From Zygnema circumcarinatum SAG 698-1b (Eukaryota; Plantae; Zygnematophyceae): a stretch of 64,000 bases of DNA. The stretch spans positions 868,001 to 932,000 of the forward strand of contig CM074806.1 in the NCBI GenBank assembly GCA_037447605.1, given 5' to 3'. The notes below the pieces were generated by a model. It had not been told where the DNA came from. It saw only the letters and a program-made list of their open reading frames with translations, and made no database searches. Positions 29,230-42,048 of the stretch are shown piece by piece (the stretch's first letter is position 1; each line of letters begins with the position of its first letter). Both the position numbers and the translations under genes were made by a program.

Positions 29230-31100
29230 AGGGGGGATCAGACCTTGACCATCGCCAAACCAATTTCGTAAGCCCGTCGGGCCTATTCCGCCGTGTACGG
29301 CAGGCCTTTTTCGCAAAAAATGGCCGTTCGGTAGTTTCGGGCGCCGCGAATTCAAGAAAATAATTATTTTACCTTCGTATCTCCGAGCCAGGTCTGACTA
29401 GGGATGGATTAGTTACGATTATATATTATATATTAGATTATACAACTGTGACGAATAGATAACGGCTGATATATATTAATTTACAACGCCTTTACAACAT
29501 GTACGGTCGTACGGTCGTACGACTGAACGGGATTATGTGGCCCGAGCACGAGCAGACAGAAAACCAGGCGAACGCATTTCGCAACGCCAACGCCAAAACG
29601 ACCTAATTTTGGTATGGTACGATCGTACTGTCGTACGGTCGTTAATTGTTCAAAGCGAGTGGGTATAATATATGTAATAAAGTGTTTTACTTTGTAATAT
29701 ATTACTAAATTTAAACCCGTTGTAAATTATATAATATATTCGGAATTTATAACGCGGGCCATCCCTAGGTCTGACCCCCCCCTTTTCGCCTCGCCGCGCT
29801 CCCTCCGCCGCCCGCCGGCCGCCGCCCGCCGCCCTCCGTTTTGTCGCCAAGCGCGCCTAACGCGTGCGAGAGGTGTTAGTGTTAGTGTGCTATAGTTAGA
29901 CATTGTATGGGTTCACACTAACATTGTTGTGGTCCTCAGTTGGGAAACATGAGATCTGCTAGTAGTAGTCCTAGGAAATACGGTCGGGCCAAATGTCGGT
30001 GGCCCGTACGCTTTTCGGGCGCGGAGAATGTCGGTGATGTCGGCGGACCCGCGTCAGACCCTTAGTGCGGTCCGCGGACTGTGACGAGGTCAACTACGGA
30101 GGAGACCGAGTCAGCAGCCACGCAGACAAGTGTGAACAACGCGGAAATGCGATGACGGAGATTTTGTCGCTGACGGGCGCTGGATGTGTACTGCCGCTGG
30201 CCAATCGAACATGTGGCGCTGGCGCGACGCTGCATCGCGACGGGCAAGCGGGCGGAAGCTTCTCATACGAATCCGGACGCATAAGTTCGCGATGGGCGCG
30301 AATCACTTTGGACGCACCTAACTAGGCCCGCCGCTGGTGTAGGTTTCTTCTTACGTAAGGACCGCAATGCCGATGTTGAACGGCATTCGGTCGGCCGGAA
30401 CGATGTAGAAGTGCCGTGACGTGACATCGGTCAACTAGGAAGATGTCACATAACACGGCAATGGCGGAATATAGGGTATAGCTTGATTATGTAGGATAAC
30501 CACATTAGACTACTGTGACCTCGCGGACTTATTCCCAGGTCAGCTGGTGTTAAGTCAGGCCGCCCGCTGTGTCGCAAGGTAGTAAGTGGCGAGAAGTAGC
30601 TAGTGAGAGGGGAGAACTTCATGTGGGTGACATTCTTATTTGGCGCGGTTTGTCGCGGTTTTCTCCCACTCTCGCGGTGTGATTTCCTACCGCCCAACTC
30701 GTTCATTCGGTGGAGTTATGGGCTATGAGTGAAGTGAGATAGAGTGAGAGAAAGTGAAGATGTCTTCATCGGTGGGAACCGGAGTTCCAATGGAGGGCGA
30801 CACGCGAGGTGGCGCCGGGAGCAATGAACAGACCCACGCTCCAACAAGAGGCACTCGCACGTGCGTGACGCGCATGGCGACAAGGCGGGGCACGATTCCT
30901 CATCGGCGGAAAGCTGGAATTTCGAATCGCAGGGCCTCCGGAGGCCCTGCGTTTCGGCGAGCGGATTTCGGAAATTTGGGGCCATTTTTGTAACCTATTC
31001 CGTAAGACTTTGATCTGACATGATTGTGTTCGGGGAGCCGCTACTTTCCGATCCAAACCCCGTGAAACGGAATCCAACGACCCTTCCGCGTGATGGTGGA
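29230..31100. mobile_element. AGGGGG-TCAGACCTTGACCATCGC MITE, interrupted by an AGGGATGG MITE (29400-29766) and a solo LTR
   Basis: Same family as 55927-56495 in the opposite orientation; preceded by ATT; the right end is lost. Confidence 0.75.
29874..30846 (+). mobile_element. Solo LTR, Copia family B (973 bp)
   Basis: TGTTAG...CCAACA; 5-bp TSD AGAGG at 29869-29873 and 30847-30851; homologous to the LTR at 33264-34224. Confidence 0.9.
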
Positions 31101-31849
31101 AATTTCGGAATTTCGGTAGTTTACGGTCAGCGTCCCGGCACCTCACACCCAGCGAAATTTAGGAGTGCTGCCTTCAAGAAATTCGCCCCGATTTTGCCGT
31201 AAAACCACTTTTTAAACGCAACCGCTAATCAAAGGGGGCGACTTAGCTTCACAAAGGTAATTTTATTCTCAATGTAGTGTACGATTTCACGGGCAAACAA
31301 AGTGGTTTTCGGCTTAAAACGTTGTTTCACACTCCTTCGCAACAGATACGCACCTTTTTCGCCGAAATACGGATGGTGATTGAAATGTATTTGAAGCGGC
31401 GTATGCCTGGCGCGCATCGTTTACATGATTGCCGCGTATAGCGACGCTGGAAGTATAGCGGTACCGCATACGGCAAAACGAGATGCATGGAGTCCGCGAC
31501 GGTAGCTCTTAATGACGGAAAACCTACGTAAAAAGATAGGCACATAACGTAGCCGCGGTTTCGTGAAAAAATCTGTCGCTTTTACTCGCCATTTTCAACG
31601 CCCGCTGATTCCTTACAACTTTTCGCTGGGCTCGCTTCACACGCCACGGGTCCCAAAACATACTTGTCACGCCATATGTTGCCGCTGACCAATCATGTCG
31701 CCCACGCGTTTCCCGTGAGCATCTCAGACGCTACAGTTTCGCGACATTTTTGCCGCGCGAAAGCGGCAGCGTAGACATCAGATGGGGTCTCAGCCGCACC
31801 TAAATACGCGTCCGCCAAAACATGGCGATCCCGCCGCGAGTAGTCCTTA

Positions 31850-34224
31850 GGAACACGGTCGGGCCAAATGTCGGTGGTCTGCATTTCGTTTGCGAACGTG
31901 GCGTATGTCGGCGGAACTGGCCAGCGTAATTTTTAGCGGCGTCCGCGCGACTTACCGGTGGTCAACTACGCAGAGACCTTGTTCTCAGCCTAATGCCGGA
32001 CAGCGGAACGGCGCGTGAAATGCGCGATGATCGAGATTTTGTCGCTGACGGCGCTGATGTGTACGGGCGCTGACCGAACATGTGATATTGCTGGCTACGG
32101 ACGCTGCGACGGACGGGCGCTGAAGTTCTCAAGGCTTCAACGGACGCATGTTTCCGGGGATTGGCGGAACTGCATCGACGACCTAACTAGGGCCTGCCGG
32201 GCCGGGCGTAGTTTACGGCTGACCGCAATGCCGCACGTTGAACGCGGCACTGGCCGGGCCGGAACGCGATAAGAGGGAGCGGCCGTGACGTGACATCGGT
32301 CAACAAGGAAGATGTCACATAACACGGCCATGGCGGTCTATAGGGTTTAGCTTGATTATGTAGGATAACCACATTAGACTACTGTATTCCCGTGACTTAT
32401 TCTGTGCCTACTCGTGTTGCTGGGCTGCCCTGCTTGTGTCGCAAGGTAGTGAGTAAGGGGAGAAGTAGCTAGTGAGAGGGGGAGAACTTCATGTGGGTGA
32501 CATTCTTATTATAAAGGAGTTTTAGAGCCGTGAGCTTTCTCCTACACTTTCTCGTGTGTGATTTCCGCTGTGCTCATCTCTATNNNNNNNNNNGCTATCG
32601 GAAGTTTAATGTACCTAATGATTGGTACTCGACCGGACTTGGCGAAAGCTGTGAGCGCCGCGAGTCGGTTCATGGAGAATCCCGGCCCTGAGCATTGGGA
32701 GGCCGTAAAGCGAATCTTTCGGTTCGTACGGGGGACCTTGGAGTACGGACTCCGTTACGAGAGAGGGCCGAACAGAGTCATCGGGTACACCGACTCTGAC
32801 TGGGGAGGTGACGTGGACACATCGCGATCGACCTCCGGATTTGTTTACCTGAACGCAGGTGGAGCGATCTCATGGAGCTCGAAGCTACAGGATTCGGTTG
32901 CGTTGTCTAGCACCGAAGGCGAGTACATGGGAGCATGTCACGCAGCGAAGGAGGGAGTTTGGTTCCAACATTTCTTTGATGAGTGTAAGAGGCCACAACG
33001 TCCCTTGACTTTGTTCACGGATAACCAGTCGTCCATTGCTCTTGTTGAAAACCCTGTGTTTCATAAGAGAACAAAGCACATCAGAGTGCAATACCATTAT
33101 GTGCGAGAATTGGTAGAGGAGGGGATGATTGTTGTGAAGTTCGTGGGGACGAAGGAGCAGGCTGCGGATATGTTGACTAAGGGAGTTAGCGGGGAGACAC
33201 TACTAGTGAATAGCAGACTCATTGGGCTAGGGCCCATGAGGAACTGAGTCCCAAGAGGGGGATTGTTAGTGTTAGTGTGCTATAGTTAGACATTGTATGG
33301 GTTCACACTAACATTGTTGTGGTCCTCAGTTGGGAAACATGAGATGCCGTGGTAGTCCTAGAGGCTCTGATTAGGGCAAATAGCCGGTGGTCCGTCACCT
33401 GCGGCTTTTGGCCTTGAGGAGAATATGCGGCGATAGCCGGTAGGAACGCGTCGGAGACCCTTAGATATAGCGATCATGGGACTCACGGCGAGGTCAGCTA
33501 CGGAGGCGGAGTCGGCGACCCGCAGCGGGCAGTGTGAAACAGCCTTGAAATGCGATAGCGGAAATTTACGTCAGCGGGCAGCGGATAATATCTGGCCTTG
33601 AAATCGAACACATACCGCGCGAAGCTGTCTGGACGAAGCGGCGGAAGATGCGCGCTTCGAGCGAGGCGGCAAAGATTCGAATGGCGGAAGCATACGGGCG
33701 GCCTAGCAAATTGTGGCGTAGGTTTCTGAGACGCAATGCTGGATGTTGAGCAGCGTACCGGCTGCGAAGCATGAGGGCGGCGTGGCCGTGACATCGGTCA
33801 ACTAGGAAGATGTCATGTAACACGGCCATGGCGGTATATAGGGTTTAGCTTGATTATGTAGGATAACCACATTAGACTACTGTAGTCCCGTGACTTATTC
33901 TGTGCCTGCTCGTGTTGCTGGGCTGCCCTGCTTGTGTCGCAAGGTAGTGAGTAAGGGGAGAAGTAGCTAGTGAGAGGGGGAGAACTTCATGTGGGTGACA
34001 TTCTTATTATAAAGGAGTTTTAGAGTCGAGCTTTCTCCTACACTTTCTCGTGTGTGATTTCCGCTGTGCTCATCTCTGTGTTCATTCTGTGAGTTATGGG
34101 CTATGAGTGAAGTGAGATAGAGTGAGAGAAAGTGAAGATGTCTTCATCGGTGGGAACCGGAGTTCCAATGGAGGGCGACACGCGAGGTGGCGCCGGGAGC
34201 AGTGAACAGACCCACGCTCCAACA
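31850..34224 (+). mobile_element. Ty1/Copia element B: partial 5' LTR, gap, RT/RNase H end (32594-33247), PPT, 3' LTR 33264-34224
   Basis: [49 protein letters not shown] motifs; PPT AAGAGGGGGA immediately before TGTTAG. Confidence 0.9.
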
Positions 34225-34271
34225 CATTTCAAATCACTATCCGTACATCCGACAAAAAAAGGTCTATATTT

Positions 34272-35307
34272 AGGAAAATGATACAGCGGCCCCACTTTTT
34301 GGATATCGGCGCCCCCTTTTGGGAAAAATTGTACTTCTTTTTTTGGCTAATCACTCCCCCCCTTGGATCTTTCTGGAGGAGAGATCTTGTAGACAATCGG
34401 ACCCCGCGCCTCGCGCGCAGGATCCGACCGTGCACCGACGTACGGCCCCGCGCATCGCGGCGTGGCCCGCGAGATGCGGCGAGCCTACGGAAAAGTTGTC
34501 CTCACCTGACCCGTTTGGGTCAGAGGTTGCCACGTGGCAGTCTGCCATTGGACAGCCCTGCTGCCGGTCCCCCATGCCGATACAGTGGACCCCCATAATA
34601 TTTTCGCCATGGCTTCGGCAAATACTGGGCGAAAATATTGTAATTTGCAAATATAAGGTCCGTGTTACCAATAGGCGAGTGGTATTATGTTAGAGTTCAT
34701 GTCTGTTCGTACGTATCGTATCGTATCGTATCGTCACGTGATTTAGATACATGAGCTCCTATTGGTGCCGTACGTATACCGTACGACTTAGATATTTTAT
34801 TCGTACTTACCGTACAGCGTAAAAGCGTGACCCATGTTTGAAAGCCGTTTCGATTAACAGATTTTGTATTGGAGAATAGGTCAGATTAGGTTAACACCCC
34901 TAATACGTTAACATTGAGTTACCGTACAAAAAGGTGGTTTCGGCAAAATCGGGGCGAATTTCTTGGGGACGCACTGTACAAGGTGGAAAATATTATGGGG
35001 GTCCACTGTATCGGCATGGGGGACCGGTAGCAGGGATGTCCAATGGCAGACTGCCACGTGGCAACCTCTGACCCATGAGGACAACGTTTCGTAGGCTCGC
35101 CGCATCTCGCGGGCCGCGCCGCGATGCGCGGCGCCGTACGTCGGTGCACGGTCGGATCCTGCGCGCGAGGCGCGGGGTCCGATTGTCTACAAGATCTCTC
35201 CTCCCGAAAGATCCAAGGGGGGGAGTGATTAGCCAAAAAAAGAAGTACAATTTTTCCCAAAAGGGGGCGCCGATATCCAAAAAGTGGGGCCGCTGTATCA
35301 TTTTCCT
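34272..35307. mobile_element. Non-autonomous foldback-like DNA element with ~300-bp TIRs (AGGAAAATGATACAGCGG...)
   Basis: Long inverted termini; further copies at 42952-44444, ~41770-42030 and ~35500-36790. Confidence 0.75.
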
Positions 35308-37451
35308 AAATATAGACCTTTTTTTGTCGGATGTACGGATAGTGATTTGAAATGTGTTGGAGCGTGGGTCTGTTCACTGCTCCCGGCGCCACCTCGCGTG
35401 TCGCCCTCCATTGGAACTCCGGTTCCCACCGATGAAGACATCTTCACTTTCTCTCACTCTATCTCACTTCACTCATAGCCCATANNNNNNNNNNGGGGGG
35501 GGGGGGGGGGTGAATAGCCAAAAAAAAAAAGTACATTTTTCCCAAAAGGGGGCGCTGATATCCAAAAAGTGGGGCCGCTGTATCATTTTCCTATTTTCGC
35601 CCCAATTTTGCCGAAACCACTTTTTTGTACGGTAACTTGTGTTAGCCGTACTGCTCGTACTGCTCGTACTGTTCGTACTGTTCGTACTATCTGTACTAGC
35701 CGTTACGGGCTTACGCAAAACGCACCTAATCTCCCCGCTCGTGCCGCCGTAAGAGGCGCTCGCTCTTCTCCCCGTCTTCTTGACTTCAATACGATAAGAT
35801 ACGATACGATACGGTCAATACGATACGAAACTCCCCGATGGTTGGATGACGACAGTATGCACGACAGTATAAGCGTCACGATATGTCACGATACGATACG
35901 ATGTTAACTGATACAGTACGATACGATACGATTTGGTACGGTACGATACGTACGGTTCAACATGAACTCTAACATAATACCGCCCGTCTATTCGTAACAC
36001 GAACCTTATATATGCAAATTTAATATTTTCGCCTCATTTTACCCGGAACCAGGGTGGAAAATATGAGGACCCCCTACTGTATGATATCGTACCGTATCGT
36101 ACTATCTCGTTTAGTATCGTATCGTATCGTGCCATATCGTGACGCATGGACGTAGTTTTCCGCTTTCTGTTGTTCGTCTCAGCTCGTACGGCTCGTACGG
36201 ACAATACCCTATCGGGGCGTTTCGTATCGTATCGCCTAGTATCGTACAGTATCGTACCGTTCGTTTCGTATCGTATCGTATCGAAGCTAGGAAGAAGGGG
36301 AGAAGAGCGGGCGCCTCTTACGGCGGCACGAGCGGGGAGATTAGGTGAGTTTTGCGTAAGCCCGTAACGGCTAGTACAGATAGTACGGGCAGTACGAATA
36401 GTACGGCTAACACAAGTGACCGTACAAAAAGGTGGTTTCGGCAAAATCGGGGCGAAAATATAGAGGACGCACTCCTTAGGGTGGTAAATACGAGGACCCC
36501 CAACTGTAGTCGTTACGGGCTTTAGCAAAACTCACAGAATCTTCCCGCACGTGCCGCGGTAAGTGCGGGCGCTCGCTCCTCTTCCCAAATTCTTCTTGGT
36601 TTCGATACGAAACGATATGCTGGGGTACTGGGCGATACGCCACATAAGGCACGATATGGTGCGGTACGATACGTAACGACGTACATGAACTCTAACATAA
36701 TACCGCCCGCCGATTGGTAACACGAACCTTATATTTGCAAAATCGAGATTTTCGCCCCATATTTGCCAAAACCATGGCGAAAATATGACGACCCCCTACT
36801 GTACACCGGCCGTATGGTAATGCCGTACGGTGGGACACGGTGTGCGCAGAGCACCATGGTGGGCGTAGCCACCGCTACATGCATGCATACAAGTAGGCAA
36901 GCAGTGCATGCAAGCGTGCAGGCATGCAGGCAGGCAAGCAGTGCGTGCAGGCGAACAGCCAGGCACTGCATGTGCATGCAGGTACGCAGGCAGGCAAGCC
37001 ATCATGTTGTTTTTCAAGAAGATGTTGTTGTTGATGATGATGATGACGAGTTTTCTAGAGACTTGAGAGGGAGGCAGGGCTTTCACCCGACAAATCAAAC
37101 TGGCTCGCCTACATTTAGCATACGGTAAATCTCGGAAGTTAACATACGATAACAAACACATTTTTTAACATGAACACAAACACACACCGGAACAGTGCTC
37201 TTGGCATCCAACGGCTTAGTTGTGCTTCGAATAAAGTGTGGTACTTGCACATGGTGTGCAGATGCAAAGGGTCCTCTCGAAGTAAAGAGCACAACCTGAC
37301 CAGATTTACCTCGCACAGGAAACGCCATTGAGTTACATTATTGAAGTACCGGTGTCAAAGGCTTTACCCTTTTGGTCCTACTACTTTCGACCGCTCCCAT
37401 CCAAATAGATTCCATAATAAGATCCACCGGCAGTAGGGCCGGTACTGCTGT

Positions 37452-39281
37452 TTAAACAACAGTGATCTGCCCCTGCATGAACGGGTGAGGTGGGCAGTGG
37501 AAGCCAAACACTCCCTTCTGAGTGAATGTGTAGCTGTAGGTGAAGGGCGGAAACTGAATATCCCAGCCTCCTCCAGGGCCTTGGAACATATCCCGCTCTG
37601 CATCATCATCTGCGGAATTCCAGAAACAAAGATATATTGAAGGTCAATTCCTCGGAGCACTATCCACTAACAACCTTCAAATTTCATTCATTCTGATGTA
37701 CGGACAGTCACTAGCTTCACATTGCTTGAACCAAAAAGACAGCTTATCCAGTCAGTTGGCATCCCAGATTGCCACGTGTTCGCTGCGACTCGCTAGCTGT
37801 CCGTGGTTCTGTCGCATACCTTGAATGCCGTGCGGGCCGTCCAAAAACTCCCAATTCACTGTGGTGCCTACGCTCACTGTGACAAAGGACTCCGCCGCCG
37901 TCACATCAAAGTACCACTTTAGGTTCACCACTTGCGGGGGAGGTGGAGCGAGCATGGCTGCAGCATGGGGCACCCAAGATCAGAAAACAGAGGACGATTT
38001 AGGTTTACAGTATTGGGAGGGGAGAGACGGCTGCCATCGACACGATAATGTACGAACAAGCCTCTGCATTGATTAATTCGGTCCACTGGTAAAACACTAA
38101 TTGATGAGTCCCAAAAACAAAAGAGGTAAAGGCCGAGTACACGTACACGGCGGAGGCGACATTATCATCGGAGGGGGTGACTTTTTCTTCGGAGGAGGGG
38201 GCGACTTTTTCTTTGGAGGAGGCGACTTTTTCTTCGGAGGGGGCGACTTTTTCTTTGGAGGAGGAGGCGACTTTTTCTTTGGAGGAGGAGGCGACTTTTT
38301 CTTTGGAGGAGGAGGCGACTTTTTCTTTGGAGGAGGAGGCGACTTTTTCTTTGGAGGAGGAGGCGGCTTTTTCTTTGGACGAGGGGGCGACTTTTTCTTT
38401 GGCGGCGGAGGCTTCCTCCTTACCGCTGCAGTGATCCCCAAGGCAAAACCGCCATCATCAACAGCATTACACGCGAATGCATGGTCGTACATACACATCC
38501 GCATGCATACATGCACAGAGGCATGCATGCGCCACGCCCCCGCTCATGCGTGCGTTTATCATGCATGGTGCGTGTTCCATTCGTCGCCAAATGTACTCGT
38601 ATGCCAAACACAAAGGCCACCGCAGAGACGTACCAAGTCTGCGGGCGGAGCGGAGCATCTCCACGCCGGCGCCCGCCGTAGATTCGGTCGCTGCCAATAT
38701 GAGCACCCCGCGCTTGTGTGAGAAAGGTTGCGCCACACGGCATGCCGCGGCACACCATCAGAGGGAAGCAGACGAGGGTTTGGGCAGAGAGCCTGTGAGC
38801 ATCCAGCAGAACACGCGCAAACTGAGCTAGTAGGGACTGCCGCGAGTCAAGTGCTGACAAAAGGGCAAAATGCGGCCTACCCTCTTCCAGTCGCCGCACG
38901 AGGCCATTCCCCGCCTCTCCCGCGCTGACATCGGCTTCTGCATGTGCCATTACATCACCACACGCCTCGTTACATCACATCGCCTCACATTGCATCACAT
39001 CGCCTCACATTGCATCACATCGCCTCACATTGCATCACATCGTCTCACATTGCATCACATCACTTCACATTGCATCAAATCACCTCACATTGCATCACAT
39101 CGCCTCACATTGCGTCAGATCGCCTCACATTGCGTCACATCCCGGCAATGACAGGAAGTCGAGGGGCACACCAAGCAAGCGAGAGCCTACCCGAAATGAC
39201 GGACACGACGAAGAGGAGCAGCAGGAACGCGCCGCAGGCCGACATCTGGAGAGCGCGGCGGTGCATCGCCATGGCGGCCAT
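37452..39281 (-). CDS. Extensin-like repeat + amicyanin-like cupredoxin protein, copy 3
   Basis: Same exon layout; ten KKK-containing units, mostly SPPPPKKK; DGPHGIQ and FHCPPHPFMQGQITVV* intact. Confidence 0.85.
38975..39140. repeat. 20-bp intronic minisatellite (CACATCGCCTCACATTGCAT)n
   Basis: About 8 units in intron 1 of copy 3, versus about 2-3 in copies 1 and 2. Confidence 0.9.
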
Positions 39282-39663
39282 GGCTGCTTCGGCGGAGGAA
39301 GGATAGATAGAGAGAGGCAGAGAGAGTGGGGAGAGGCCTCGTTCAAAGCTTGCAGTGCCTCCTATTAGGCGCGGGGACCTTGTACGGCCTCCGGGTCAGT
39401 ACAAAATCCAGCAAACGAAAGTCCCTACGGTACGGTAAAGCCGTGTGGTACGGCGGGATGGTTTGTGTCTGTACACATTTGTCAACAACTTTAATGCGTA
39501 CTGCTCTGGCAACGGCTGTTCAAGAATGAAATCGCGCCACGTGGCACAATGTAAACTCGGCAAGGTCCATCGAATGAGCAGGACGCTATAAGTAAAGGCG
39601 GCAGTGTCGGACACGACAATTCTCACTACCGAATAGGTTTTAGAACGCGTACGTTAATTAAAT

Positions 39664-40673
39664 AGGGGTAGTGATATTTCCACCCCTTTTTTGGATCCAA
39701 ACACCCCTTCCCGGCCGGGCAGATTTCAAAAGGGATGAAAAACAGAAAATGCGTCTTTCACACCTTTTTGGAATCGATACCCACCTTCTTCCGTCGGCTG
39801 ATTTTATTTTTGCTAACCAAGGAAAATGATACCCCGTCACCGCATTTTGAATACTGTATCTCGCCTCCCTGATTTTTTTTTTTGAGGGAAAGAAATATCT
39901 GCCTGCCCGAATCCGCTCGGATCGGAAGATCCGTCCGCCACGAGATCGTTCGCGGGTGTCCATCCTTCACACGTGTGTGTCAATCGCAGCTGTCGATTCC
40001 CTCGCAGATCACACCACTGCAGATCACCGTTCGATCTGCAGCCGGGCTCAATCTTAGCGAATGGAAAGCGCCCACGAGTCCCGTCAAAGCCAATCCGCAC
40101 GTGCGAGTGCGCGCGACCTTCGGCCCGAGATCTCGTCATTGTTAGCTCCCAGCCAATCAACATCTGCCACGTGTTAAATTTTTGACGTGGAAATTTTTGA
40201 TTGGCTTAATATCTCAATGTACGAAATTTTGGGTTCCTCAAGTTGCGACCGTGGACACGTGCCATGCGCTGTGACCGAGCCCGGCTGCCGATCAAATAGT
40301 GATCTGCCGTGTTGCGATCTGCGACGGAATCGACGGCTGCGATTGACCGCACGCGTGAAAAAAAATCAGGTAGGCGGGATATTCAAAATGGCGTGACGGG
40401 TTATTATTTGGAGAACTATATACCGCCCCCCTTTTTTTGGTTATCCCACCACCGTTTTTTTGAAATCCGACCCTCCCATTTCGGCTATTCTGCCCCCCTC
40501 CCCCATTTTGGATATTTCGGGAGGAGATCGCCCCCCTGTTTTGAATATTTCTTTCCCGCGCCTCCCGTCCTCTCCCCGCCCCTCCCCTGCCCTCCNNNNN
40601 NNNNNTTTTGAAATCTGCCCGGCCGGGAAGGGGTGTTTGGATCCAAAAAAGGGGTGGAAATATCACTACCCTT
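39664..40673. mobile_element. Non-autonomous TIR element in the promoter of cupredoxin copy 3
   Basis: ~65-bp TIR AGGGGTAGTGATATTTCCACCCCTTTTTTGGATCCAAACACCCC...; absent at the homologous position of copy 2; contains a gap. Confidence 0.85.
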
Positions 40674-41041
40674 AAATAGAACCAGTTCTTAAATAGAGTA
40701 CTCGTTCGGATATGTGTTTGACGCGAGATATTTCTTTGTACTACTGATCCTGAAACCCGGATCTCCGGACCGCGCGAGAGAGGGCCTCGTCCGGTCAAGC
40801 AAGTCAAACGGACGGGACCGCCGGAAACCGATTCTGCAGCCACGTGGCTGTTTTTTTGTTGCTCCACGTGGCAGCCAAACGAGAGAGGGGGCGGCGGCAG
40901 CCAGCGCGTTGGCAGGACCGACTGTTGGGGGCGGCGAGGCGGCGGCTGCGCTTGTTGTTTTGCGGTATCCTAAAATATCGGGTCGAATGGCCATATCGAC
41001 TACGTTATATACATGGAAAACATTCACTTATAGTTTAGCGT

Positions 41042-41148
41042 AATGCGATTATACCTACGCTATTACGCCGAATCCCATCAGAACTCCGCAGCAGTGCCTG
41101 TGGGCCGGAATAGTACTGAGATAGGTGACCTCCCGAGAAGGTCCGGTG
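41042..41148 (+). pseudogene. Near full-length diverged 5S rRNA-like sequence
   Basis: ATGCGATTATACC...CCGAATCCCATCAGAACTCCGCAG...TGGGCCGGAATAGTACTGAGATAGGTGACCTCCCGAGAAG; TATA-like motif ~35 bp upstream and a T-run downstream; the A box is damaged. Confidence 0.8.
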
Positions 41149-42048
41149 CCCTCTCTCACTATATTTTTTCAATGTCTCTTTTCCAAAGGCGTCGACAACT
41201 TGAAATGTGAAACTTCATCATGAGCCTGCATGCAGAGCAGTGCTTGTGCATGTGCATGTTGTTGGAATAGGACCCTCTCCACCGCTCCCGGCTCCTCTAG
41301 CCGAGTCACCTTCCATCGGAACACTCGTTCCCACCGAGGAAGACATCTCTCTCAATCGCTCAATAACATTTACTCAAAGACCATATTGTTAGTGTATATA
41401 GTTAGCTTAGATTAGCAAGTTTGTGTTGGCACTTAGTTCATAGAGGTGTGCTTCTAGGTGTGAGATGTATGGGGGCAGACTTGCTTCATTGTATGACTCA
41501 CGAGCGTGCGCAGGGCGGCGAGACCGACCGAGCGGCCGATCCGGATATTGCGGTCGGGTGTCCGACATTCAACATCGCTCCGAGGAATCTTTTCTGGAGT
41601 ACGGAGTCTTGGAATGTTGCGGAGGCAAAAGACAGCGGAGTCGGTGGAGCCTACCTCGAGCAGGCGAGTTAGTCTTTGTGAGGGACGGCGGGGTGTATAG
41701 CTCGGCGGTAGAGTGCATGGCCACATGGGTTAGTACGGTGGTGTTGGTACAGTAAGGGCGTGCTCCTCATATTTTCCATCCTGTACAGTGCAGTGCGTCC
41801 CCAAGAAATTCGCCCCGATTTTGCTGAAACCACTTTTTTGTACGGAAAATGATACAGCCGCCCCACTTTTTGGATATCCGCGCCCCCTTTCGGGAAAAAT
41901 TGTACTTTCATTTTGGCTAATCATCCCGCCCCCCCCCCCCCTTGGATCTTTCGGGAGGAGAGATCTTGTAGACAATCGGACCCCGCGCCTCGCGCGCAGG
42001 ATCCGACCGTGCACCAACGTACGACGCCGCGCCGCGATTGTCTACAGT

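Noticed and set aside
34097-35483. ~1.4-kb inverted duplication extending beyond the long-TIR element into the LTR end
   Set aside because: The outer arms appear identical and stop exactly at an N gap; the assembler most likely walked back through the TIR.
41042-41148. Functional 5S rRNA gene or Cassandra TRIM
   Set aside because: The A box and terminal helix are degraded, there is no tandem array, and no LTR pair, PBS or PPT surrounds the 5S-like sequences.
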